A stretch of DNA of 18,247 bases, taken from Paraphysomonas bandaiensis. Lineage: Eukaryota; Protista; Chrysophyceae. Both the position numbers and the translations under genes were made by a program. This document shows, one piece after another, positions 9,101 through 18,247 of the stretch. The notes under the pieces were generated by a model. That model was given only the letters and a program-made list of their open reading frames with translations, was not told the origin of the DNA and did not search any database. The stretch spans positions 1-18,247 of the forward strand of contig CBFFRP010000633.1 of NCBI GenBank assembly GCA_965644295.1, written 5' to 3'. Position 1 is the stretch's first letter. Each line of letters opens with the position of its first letter.

Positions 9101-12100
9101 CTCAGGCGGCTTACGGGACGATGCATTTCTTCGGCATAGGGAATGAAGTGCGTCTCGACAAGATTAAGGCGGTGCAGTTGTTTAACATGTGTATTCCTGA
9201 TCTCGTGGCGGAGGTGCGTAGGGGGAACCCATCGATGTTTGTACACTTTTGGTTGGGCTGTATTAAGCTGCGTGGACGAGGACAATTATCAGGAGATGAG
9301 GACGAGGCCATGGAGCTCTTCGCTTGTGCACACGCATCGGGTCACAGGCTGGCTGCCGTTTTTGTGAACAGCCTCTCGCAGGTATATATATGAAGTATTG
9401 TTCTGTGATGGAAATGATATGTGTACAACATCCCACATGTTATCTGTTGAATATTACTCCAGTGATTTTGTAATTATGATCCTTCTGTTTCTATCTTTCT
9501 TGGACACAGGAGGGTTCTGATCCTGAGAATTGGGCATATCTTCACGAGCTCGGAGGCCACAGAAGTGTGAGTTTAATTGCTTGGTTGTTTTGATATTTTA
9601 TGTCATAATACAGTGGAATATATATATTATATTTTGCCTTCATATATGACCATGCAGTATAATATATATGATTGGGCAGCCATGAAATGTGCTTGGTTGC
9701 TGGCTGTATATGTATACTGCCGGTGGTATGTGTGTGGTAATATAAGTATGGGATATATATGTTATATGTTTGTGTAGCGTGTGGTATTTGGTGTTTGGTG
9801 CATGGTATAGGATATGATCAATCTATACAGGAGCCTTTCATTAGATATATGTTTTTCACCTATTCTTCTTGCTTTTATGTGTTTACTTGTGGATGTGATG
9901 ACTATGCAACAGATTGTGAAAGCAGTAGCGGTGTTTCCGGATGGGAGGGTTGCCAGTGGATCTGCTGATGAGACTGTAAGAATATGGGATTCCAGGACCC
10001 AGGCGTGTCCCTTCATACTCAGTGGTCACAGTGGGGTGAGTAAGATGACATGCCAAACACCTAAAGCTGCTATCTACCATTATCCGAAATGAATATTTAC
10101 CTGTAGATAATCGCATATTTGTAATTACTCACTATATTAGCAATCAATATACATGCCCTGTATGTTATGATGCTGTCACATGTGTGGTATATATGCATGG
10201 TGTATGATATGATCAATCTATACAGGAGCCTTTCATGAGAGATATATGTTTTTCACCTATTCTTCTTGCTTTTATGTGTTTACTTGTGGATGTGATGACT
10301 GTACAACAGATTGTGGAAGCAGTAGCGGTGTTTCCGGATGGGAGGGTTGCCAGTGGGTCCACTGATAAGACTGTAAAAATATGGGATTCCGTGACCGGGA
10401 AATGTCTGCACACTCTCACTGGGCATGATGATGTGAGTCGATTGGCATGATTTGGTGCACTGTGTGATGTTTCTGTGTTTCTGTGTTCCTGTGTGGTGTG
10501 TGCCTATGGCGTGTAATGTATATGATTAGGCAGCCATGAAATGTGCTTGGTTGTTTGCTGTATATGTATACTGTCGGTGGTATGTGTGTAGTAATATAAG
10601 TATGGGATATATATGTTATATGCTTGTGTAGCGTGTGGTATTTGGTGTTTGGTGCATGGTATAGGATATGATCAATCTATACAGGAGCCTTTCATTAGAT
10701 ATATGTTTTTCACCTATTCTTCTTGCTTTTATGTGTTTACTTGTGGATGTGATGACTATGCAACAGATTGTGGAAGCAGTAGCGGTGTTTCCAGATAGGA
10801 GGGTTGCTAGTGGGTCCACTGATAAGACTGTAAGAATATGGGATTCCAGGGACGGGAAATGTCTGCACACTCTCACTGGGCATGATGATGTGAGTCGATT
10901 GGCATGATTTGGTGCACTGTGTGATGTTTCTGTGTTCCTGTGTGGTGTGTGCCTATGGCGTGTAATGTATATGATTAGGCAGCCATGAAATGTGCTTGGT
11001 TGTTTGCTGTATATGTATACTGCCGGTGGTATGTGTGTAGTAATATAAGTATGGGATATATATGTTATATGTTTGTGTAGCGTGTGGTATTTGGTGTTTG
11101 GTGCATGGTATAGGATATGATCAATCTATACAGGAGCCTTTCATTAGATATATGTTTTTCACCTATTCTTCTTGCTTTTATGTGTTTAATTGTGGATGTG
11201 ATGACTATGCATCAGATTGTGGAAGCAGTAGCGGTGTTTCCGGATAGGAGGGTTGCTAGTGGGTCCACTGATAAGACTGTAAGAATATGGGATTCCAGGG
11301 ACGGGAAATGTCTGCACACTCTCACTGGGCATGATGATGTGAGTCGATTGGCATGATTTGGTGCACTGTGTGATGTTTCTGTGTTCCTGTGTGGTGTGTG
11401 CCTATGGCGTGTAATGTATATGATTGGGCAGCCATGAAATGTGCTTGGTTGTTTGCTGTATATGTATACTGTCCGTGGTATGTGTGTAGTAATATAAGTA
11501 TGGGATATATATGTTATATGTTTGTGTAGCGTGTGGTATTTGGTGTTTGGTGCATGGTATAGGATATGATCAATCTATACAGGAGCCTTTCATGATATAT
11601 ATGTTTTTCACCTATTCTTCTTGCTTTTATGTGTTTACTTGTGGATGTGATGACTATGCAACAGCGGGTTGTAGCAGTAGCGGTGTTTCCGGATAGGAGG
11701 ATTGCCAGTGGGTCTTGGGATAAGACTGTAAAAATATGGGATTCCGTGACCGGGATATGTCTGCACACTCTCACTGGGCATGATGATGTGAGTCGATTGG
11801 CATGATTTGGTGCACTGTGTGATGTTTCTGTGTTCCTGTATGGTGTGTGCCTATGGCGTGTAATGTATATGATTAGGCAGCCATGAAATGTGCTTGGTTG
11901 TTTGCTGTATATATATACTGTCGGTGGTATGTGTGTAGTAATATAAGTATGGGATATATATGTTATATGTTTGTGTAGCGTGTGGTATTTGGTGTTTGGT
12001 GCATGGTATAGGATATGATCAATCTATACAGGAGCCTTTCATTAGATATATGTTTTTCACCTATTCTTCTTGCTTTTATGTGTTTACTTGTGGATGTGAT

Positions 12101-12661
12101 GACTATGCAACAGCGGGTTGTAGCGGTTGCGGTGTTTCCGGATGGGAGGGTTGCTAGTGGGTCCACTGATAAGACTGTAAGAATATGGGATTCCAGGGAC
12201 GGGAAATGTCTGCACACTCTCACTGGGCATGATGATGTGAGTCGATTGGCATGATTTGGTGCACTGTGTGATGTTTCTGTGTTCCTGTGTGGTGTATGCC
12301 TATGGCGTGTAATGTATATGATTGGGCAGCCATGAAATGTGCTTGGTTGTTTGCTGTATATATATACTGTCGGTGGTATGTGTGTAGTAATATAAGTATG
12401 GGATATATATGTTATATGTTTGTGTAGCGTGTGGTATTTGGTGTTTGGTGCATGGTATAGGATATGATCAATCTATACAGGAGCCTTTCATTAGATATAT
12501 GTTTTTCACCTATTCTTCTTGCTTTTATGTGTTTACTTGTGGATGTGATGACTATGCAACAGCGGGTTGTAGCAGTAGCGGTGTTTCCGGATGGGAGGAT
12601 TGCCAGTGGGTCTTGGGATAAGACTGTAAAAATATGGAGTCATGACGCGATTTGGTTGTGA
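6114..12661 (+). CDS. Class-3 lipase / coiled-coil / Sel1-like / 7xWD40 multidomain protein (~1368 aa), 10 exons: 6114-6147, 6203-9381, 9510-9566, 9913-10035, 10310-10432, 10767-10889, 11216-11338, 11665-11787, 12114-12236, 12563-12661
   Basis: Splicing 6148-6202 (GTAAGT..GAAG) gives [17 protein letters not shown]. Lipase_3 motifs: [22 protein letters not shown] (Ser 6670-6672), [15 protein letters not shown] (Asp 6868-6870), QHSMPAYL (His 7120-7122). Sel1-like [14 protein letters not shown] and [21 protein letters not shown] at ~9100-9350. CAG|GTATAT donor at 9381/9382, a 57-nt linker exon ending GHRS, then 123-nt phase-0 exons such as [41 protein letters not shown]. Last exon ends [10 protein letters not shown]. 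The fusion of the lipase part to the WD40 part is a prediction from splice sites. Confidence 0.85.
9660..12637 (+). repeat. Near-identical tandem array of WD40 exon+intron units, period 449 bp
   Basis: Exon starts at 9913, 10310, 10767, 11216, 11665, 12114, 12563 (spacings 397, 457, 449, 449, 449, 449). Introns of the last five units differ by only a few bases. Confidence 0.97.
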
Positions 12662-13550
12662 TAAGAAAGATGAAGTATGCCGCATTTGTTTTTAAAGTTA
12701 ACTGCTGATCATAAAGATATTTGACTACCTCAATATATATATTAGACTAAACCATTCTGTAACCATACTCTGTAACCAATGATATAAAGTAGAATTATTA
12801 CAACACTGAGCAAACCAATCACGGTACCCCTCTATTCTATAGTTTCCTTAGATAGAGTATCAGCATATGTGTACAATTCACTAGCTAACGAGTTACAGAA
12901 CTATAATAATCGATACTATTTGTATCTATCGAACAAATACTACAATAAGCATGGAATGTATTTTGCGAATCACAGCCGAACGCAAACGAGCTACACTTTC
13001 CTCTTTCGCCTAGATGCCCTCCATGTTGAGTATTGCTGTTTGTGAGCAATTAAAAGCTGTAGATTTTAAGATATTTGAATTATATCCGTTACACAAAGAA
13101 TACAGTAGTAGCTAACTGTATTATGAGAACCAATAATATGATAGCCATTGTAGTGATGAAACTGAAATACATCGGTGGGCCATATTAGGTACCTATTAAC
13201 AGAAGTTGACATTATTTGCTAAAGTTTACTATTCTCAAATGATAAGATGAAATTATAAACATTACATGATAAAGAACCTAAGTTGTGTTCGATGTGTTCA
13301 ACACCATTCATTTACTACTATAGTGTACAAACCACACACTCAGTGATCGTATCCTGTATAGTCACCCACTTCTGCTTCAGTTTCATACTACACAATTTAT
13401 GAAAGTGTGACAAATCCGCATGTAGTCCCATATATGGTGGGGCGAGTGTATCCTGACTACAGTGAGTATACAGTGGTAGGGTAGTTGTTGGGTGGAGGTA
13501 TGGGTGTACGTATGTACTTGAATACGTGTGTACGTACGCATTTGAGTATG

Positions 13551-13599
13551 AGGTACGATGAGTAGTAGATAGGTACGATGGGCAGTAGATAAGTACGAC
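13551..13599 (+). repeat. Short 20-bp tandem repeat (AGGTACGATG[A/G]G[T/C]AGTAGAT x ~2.4)
   Basis: aggtacgatgagtagtagat aggtacgatgggcagtagat aagtacgac. Confidence 0.7.
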
Positions 13600-13829
13600 T
13601 ACAGGGATAGTATTACGATAACTGTAGAGATACGGTGGTGATAAGTATGATATGGGTGCTTAAGTGTAGAGCCAGCTTGTAAGTGCAAGATTGCTATGTG
13701 AGTCACTCTTTAAGGTTATAAGAGCATAAGTAAGGATAGTTCTAATAATTGATAGTTATACGATTATCAGAGCTTAAGGGTCTGTTTAATAGCATCTAAC
13801 AGGCACCTAGTAAGATTAGACGTCACAGC

Positions 13830-14318
13830 ATGTGTAAGAAGTTATCCGCGGGTATGAGCACAAGGTACCCAACTGATGCATCAAGGCAAAGCCCTCTGCC
13901 AAGGACCCCCACATCTCCAATCGTCTCATGTGGTGGACAACGTGAGCTGCCCACGCGACCCAGTGGAATTGATCAACCACGAGGAAGCGGGGGCAGCAAA
14001 AAGTCATGGCGACGATCCCAAAGAGGAGAAGCGCATGGGGCAGAGCTATGGGAGGATGGTGTGGACAGTGCACAAGAAACATCATTCTCAGAGGCATGGT
14101 GGGATACCGGGGCCGGCCAAGGGACGGTCCCATTTGAGAAACCAGTCTACAACCGTGGTGACGTGAGTGGACACAGCAAGGGCAGGCCAGGGATGGAGGC
14201 CACCGGGGAGAGAATGTACAGGGACTGGAGTAGGTTACCAGACTATCAAGAGTCAGAGGAGGGGGACCCACTAACAGGGATGCCTGTACGAGCGAGGGAG
14301 ACAGGAGCGGGGGTGTAA
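13830..14318 (+). other. GC-rich 162-codon ORF of unknown function ending in a polypurine tract and TGTAAC; possibly the 3' internal remnant of an LTR retroelement
   Basis: The ORF coincides with a GC-rich island. Its end reads through GAGCGAGGGAGACAGGAGCGGGGG (14290-14313) and it stops at TAA inside TGTAACC. No recognisable domain. Confidence 0.3.
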
Positions 14319-14320
14319 CC
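14290..14320 (+). other. Candidate polypurine tract followed by an LTR 5' end (TGTAACC at 14314)
   Basis: A 24-nt purine-rich tract ending GGGGG directly before TGTAAC is the usual PPT/LTR junction of Ty3/Gypsy elements. No second LTR copy is in the window to confirm it. Confidence 0.4.
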
Positions 14321-15048
14321 CTGGGGGTTTATATAGTAGCAAGTGTAGTAGTGAAATAGGGTATTCAACAACAAGAAGAGAGTCAACAACAGAAGAAGGA
14401 CAGCAAACAGTACAAGATAATTATTTACGAAGGAAGTGCAAACATCTAGCCACGAGTCACGGAATTACAACAAGCCATTCACACTGAAGTGCATACATGC
14501 GGCTACTCTAGGCAGTTATTAATATCACGACACTCAAAACACGTTACCCAGTATCTCTACTTGCAATACATGTGAAGCCAGCCGACTGCATCTGTTGTTC
14601 TATGACGTAGAGGCAATAAGAGCAATGGAGAGAGACTTAGGTAGCATCAACGTGATGTACACACAATTCTCTCTGCATCATCCTCAGAACAGCATAAGAA
14701 GTGATCTTCAGATGTTGCTAGTACATCCTGAACATAAATGTCTCAAGTTAAGTGCAGAACTATGGATGTACACAGACCAATACCTCTGTGAGCTGCATTT
14801 TCATGATGGTGCTCTGGATATGGAGATGAGCAGGAGTTAGGACCATTCAAGAGCATACTATAGACGCTATGCATGGTGATGCTGCTAAGCAGGCATAGTG
14901 GGTGGCTATTATGGCAAGCGTGTGGCTTAAAGAGGAATATATGGAGAGAGTAAAGATGCAATGAGTTTTATATATGAGTTTAGGGAGTATGATAAGAGCA
15001 GAAGACTATCAGCGAATACGGTATCACGTTACTCATTTTAGTTAGCTG

Positions 15049-15126
15049 TTTTTCAGTTTTATCACTATGGTTTTATTTCAGTTTTATGCGCAGTTATTCA
15101 GTTTCATACGCTGTTATTCAGTTTTG
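15049..15126 (+). repeat. Degenerate ~20-bp tandem repeat with core TTCAGTTT
   Basis: ttcagttttatcac.. ttcagttttatgcgcagtta ttcagtttcatacgctgtta ttcagttttg. Confidence 0.65.
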
Positions 15127-15559
15127 TTTTATTGTCATAATACGTGTGGTATACACGGTGTATGCAAGAATGCATGCGGTGTGGTGTGTGTGATATAAAA
15201 TGAACTTGGTTCATTCTGTAGATGCGTACCATTCTATATGTTATTCCTTGCATGTCTTTGTTTTAAGTTACTTGACACTGTCTTAACAGCGATCTTTATT
15301 CTTAGAGGGAATACTGCGCGGCGTTATCTAGCGGATATCGTTGACCGTGTTAGGTGATTTAACAGTAATAATAAGTGTTTACTCATACCTTATTATATAT
15401 TTTGTTGGGAGCAAACTCGCAAGTCTGGTTTGTGCATAGTAATATTAATGCAAGTCCCATAAGGCCTTATATATTGCGTAATTGTGTAGTACATAGCAAT
15501 TATTTAGATTGGAAGTTGAATCTCATTGTGTCGTCGACGTTTGACGTAATAATATCTCA

Positions 15560-15754
15560 TCTTGTACAGTGCGGACGGATTTGCACGTCAAGACAGTAGA
15601 GTTGTTGCAGAAAATTTAGCATACACATAGAAACATAACAGACAATTATCGTAGCTAGCTGACTAATCTGTAATTGTTTTTAAGTTAATTTTGGGAACAG
15701 TGAGTTGGAAGAAATACTTGATCCAGTGCGGACGGATTTGCACGTTGATAGTAT
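15560..15754 (+). promoter_or_regulatory. Twin stem-loops (22-bp direct repeat CAGTGCGGACGGATTTGCACGT at 15567-15588 and 15724-15745) in the gag leader; candidate packaging/dimerisation signal
   Basis: Perfect 22-nt repeat whose core folds as GUGCGGA-cgga-UUUGCAC. The second copy ends ~50 nt before the gag ATG. Confidence 0.55.
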
Positions 15755-15797
15755 ATTACCCCAATAAGCTATTCACCGAGAATAACTACAAATAGTT

Positions 15798-17425
15798 ATG
15801 GATACTAGTCAAGAGGCTGTCACGGACCTGCAGGCTCTAATGCAAGGTTTCGTGGAACAAATCACCGGTGCCGTAAACACTTTGACAGAAACGGTAACAG
15901 AGGTCAAAGACGACCTCAAGGAATTGAAACAGAGGGTCTCGGTACTGGAAGGAGCTGGTTATTTTCCCAATCCAACCCCGCCTGCTAATTCTCCAGCAGA
16001 GGCCAGTGAAACCAGTCAGGGCCGAGCCATAGAAGAATTGAAATCTAAGCTAGAGCAATCTGAGAAACGAAGGAAGGATAGGCCCTCAGTTCTGCAAGAG
16101 ATAGCAAAAACCTCGCGAAGGCAATCTATTGAGGCTATAATCCCTACGCGTTTTTCAGCCGAAGAAGAGGACGAAGCGGATCCATTCGATGTAAAATCAG
16201 TTAGAGGAAGCATATTCAGAGAGATCGCAAGCAGTGAGAAGCAAGTGGCTGCTAGTGGGGAGGTGATAATAAGGCAAGCTAAAGAATGCAATGTACGGAT
16301 TGACAGCTTTCAACTTTCGAAAGTGACCAAAGCTATAAAAGCCATCATAAACTTTCAGGAGGAGGAGAATACTAAGGTCAGAGTTCAGAAAATACTTTCC
16401 AGGCCGTGCAAAGAGCATCTGCGTACAAAATACAAATTGACTCAGGGCCAGCTAGGGGCGTTGGGAATTACAGACTTGATCAGAGTTATAGCTAATGAAA
16501 CAAAGGTATTTTCTAGACCGGCTTTCTACAAAGAGTTGGAGGAGGCTTTGAGGCACACCAAGGTCATGGGGTGGTCTGTAGTCTCTCCTGTAAACCACGA
16601 GACATTCTACCACCAACAGTTAAAGTTGATTTCCGAGTTTGGTAGGATGCTTAACATCATGTTAGAAGGCAACAAAGACTGGTGCCCCAGAATTGATGAC
16701 AAGCCTGGAGGACTGATTCGACTCTTTAAAACGTGTAATGATCCGGTATACGTGGAGCATGTATTATCTTGTATGACTGAAACAAAATTCAAGACTATGC
16801 AAGAGTTTTTTGATCAGTTTTCGGAGATCATTTATGATGAATATGAATTGAGCGTTGCAGTACGAGAGATACCTTACAAAAGTCTGATTGAGCACAAGGA
16901 GAGGTTGAGGACTTACAGAGAAAAGAAAGAGAACGAGAAGAAGGTTTTTCGAAGCCACGTGTCATAAAACCCTTAAATGCTATTGATGGAGGAGCATATG
17001 AACTCTCAGAAAGTGACACTGAGCAACCAGTATCAGAGGAAACAGCTATGGATGAAGATGATTGGAGGAATTATTTACCAGAACCAGCTGCGCCTACGGT
17101 CACTATATCAGCTGATTTGAAACCAGAGGCTTCACTTAGCATTGATTTGAATGAGTCAGATGAGGAGTCCGATCAAATTCCAGAACATTTACACGTGGTG
17201 GGACCACCAGTCAAGTCTGATAAAAAGTTTGGGTGTCTTCAGAAGATACTGACTGGGACGTGTAGGAGGGAAAACTGCAAATATTTGCACCACGGACCAG
17301 AAGTGGTTAAAGCAGCAAATGAAATGAGACTAAAGATTGATCAGTTCATTCAAGGTACATCAAACTCTGGTGCGACCACGAAGACTTCCATCATGCGGAG
17401 GGAACCCTCGGGTACTCACGCTTGA
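15798..17425 (+). CDS. gag: Gag-like protein in two overlapping frames (15798-16967, then a -1 frame open ~16892-17425) with an N-terminal coiled coil and a C-terminal CCCH-type zinc finger
   Basis: ORF1 is 389 aa with heptads LTETVTEVKDDLKELKQRVSVLE. The -1 frame continues ..FSKPRVIKPLNAIDGGAYELSESDTEQPVSEETAMDEDDW.. to CLQKILTGTCRRENCKYLH (C-x8-C-x4-C-x3-H, 17234-17290). It lies directly upstream of the protease. Confidence 0.7.
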
Positions 17426-18247
17426 CTAGGAAGTCAAGACTCAAGCAATGTACATAGTAGTCATAGAGTCGAGTATGAAGAATCATGTGAGAGTGAAGAT
17501 GATGAGGACAAGAAGCACTTGCTAGATTCGGATTTACAAAGACCGAAACAAGGAGACAATAGGTCTTCAGTTTTATACGCCAGTTATCCAGATAAGAAAA
17601 TTCTATCCAGTAGTCACACGGTAGGAAGAGTAGTGCTAAACAGAAAAATGGACATCGAAGAATTAGTATATATATTATGTGATACGGGAGCCTTGTCAGC
17701 AAATTATGTTAGTGCTGATTTAATCAAAAGGATACGAAGTAGACTAGATGACAAAGACATTATGAAGACCAAGTGCAGAGTCATATTGGCGGACAGTCGA
17801 ACAGTGAAACCGTTGAAGGAGGCAGTGAAGTTAAATTTGAAAGTTGAAGACAAGAGAGCGAGGACTCACACATACACTGGAGAGTTTTTTGTCTTAGACA
17901 TGAAGAGTCAGGACATTATACTAGGATTGCCGGCACTCACTGGTAAATTATATCCTTTTATGGACGAGCTGCTTAGACAGGCTAACCGGGAGCTAAAGGA
18001 GCAGGATGTCCTAGACTCGCAATTAAACCAAATAGAAGAGATGAAAGACACAGAGAATCTGGAACAGAGGAGATCAAATACGTTTACAAGAGACAATTTA
18101 ATCAAGCCGTGGCTAAAATCCAATGATGAGGAAGCGCCAGAGGAAGCTGAAGTGGAACTGCCCGTAAACTTCGGGGATGCATTGACTTTCTTAGGGAAGC
18201 CTAGACAAGAAGCAGTTCAGGAATACCGTGACTTGATAGACAAACAT
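17426..18247 (+). CDS. pol: Pol polyprotein 5' part (aspartic protease), in frame with gag ORF2 after a single TGA; runs off window
   Basis: Manual translation gives 274 stop-free codons: LGSQDSSNV...VYILCDTGALSANYVS (DTG 17681-17689)...VILADSRTV...FFVLDMKSQDIILGLPAL...PWLKSNDEEAPEE...LIDKH. Not in the ORF track. Confidence 0.85.

Larger units (their letters stand above)
14314..18247 (+). mobile_element. LTR retrotransposon, Ty3/Gypsy-like (left boundary uncertain; continues beyond window)
   Basis: Long non-coding leader, then intronless gag-like ORFs with a Cys/His finger, then retropepsin motifs ILCDTGA and DIILG. RT, RNaseH and IN lie outside the window, so the superfamily is inferred. 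Confidence 0.75.

Noticed and set aside
9577-12661. Repeated small ORFs ([11 protein letters not shown].., [10 protein letters not shown].., MRVCRHFP..) as separate genes
   Set aside because: These are intron read-through or antisense frames of the 449-bp unit. Only the AG/GT-bounded WD40 segments are supported.
13760-13778. ATTATCAGAGC as a tRNA-iMet primer-binding site
   Set aside because: It lacks the required TGG start and a preceding LTR-terminal CA, and it is far from gag.
14595-15599. Short ORFs in the retroelement leader/LTR region, and antisense ORFs within the lipase and gag-pol
   Set aside because: They have no recognisable motifs, their lengths are expected by chance, and several overlap better-supported coding frames.

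Overview
Eukaryotic genomic DNA with GT-AG introns, from a protist (plausibly a stramenopile; this is inference). Left to right: (i) 1-~1100 is very AT-rich and carries an intronless minus-strand ORF (1-471, running off the window) with viral fibre-like motifs plus a cluster of hairpins, probably the end of an endogenous Polinton-like virus or virophage-type element. (ii) 1491-5497 (-) is an 11-exon ankyrin-repeat gene. Each repeat is its own 99-nt phase-0 exon, and the introns are homologous and filled with (TATG)n, including one ~1.65 kb tract. (iii) Head-to-head with it, across a C/G-rich minisatellite, 6114-12661 (+) is a 10-exon gene of ~1368 aa: class-3 lipase, Gly-rich segment, coiled coil, helical region, Sel1-like repeats, then 7 WD40 repeats. 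Each WD40 repeat is on its own exon (123 nt phase-0 for the first six) in a near-identical ~449-bp tandem unit. Both repeat arrays are mosaic and vary mainly at predicted ligand-binding positions, suggesting an exon-shuffling, immune-receptor-like gene pair. (iv) ~14.3 kb to the end is a probable Ty3/Gypsy-like LTR retrotransposon: gag with a CCCH-type finger, then aspartic protease. Its coding region appears to need two recoding events, a -1 shift at G_GTT_TTT and readthrough of a TGA-CTAG stop. Most ORFs in the supplied track are artefacts of microsatellites, introns or antisense frames.
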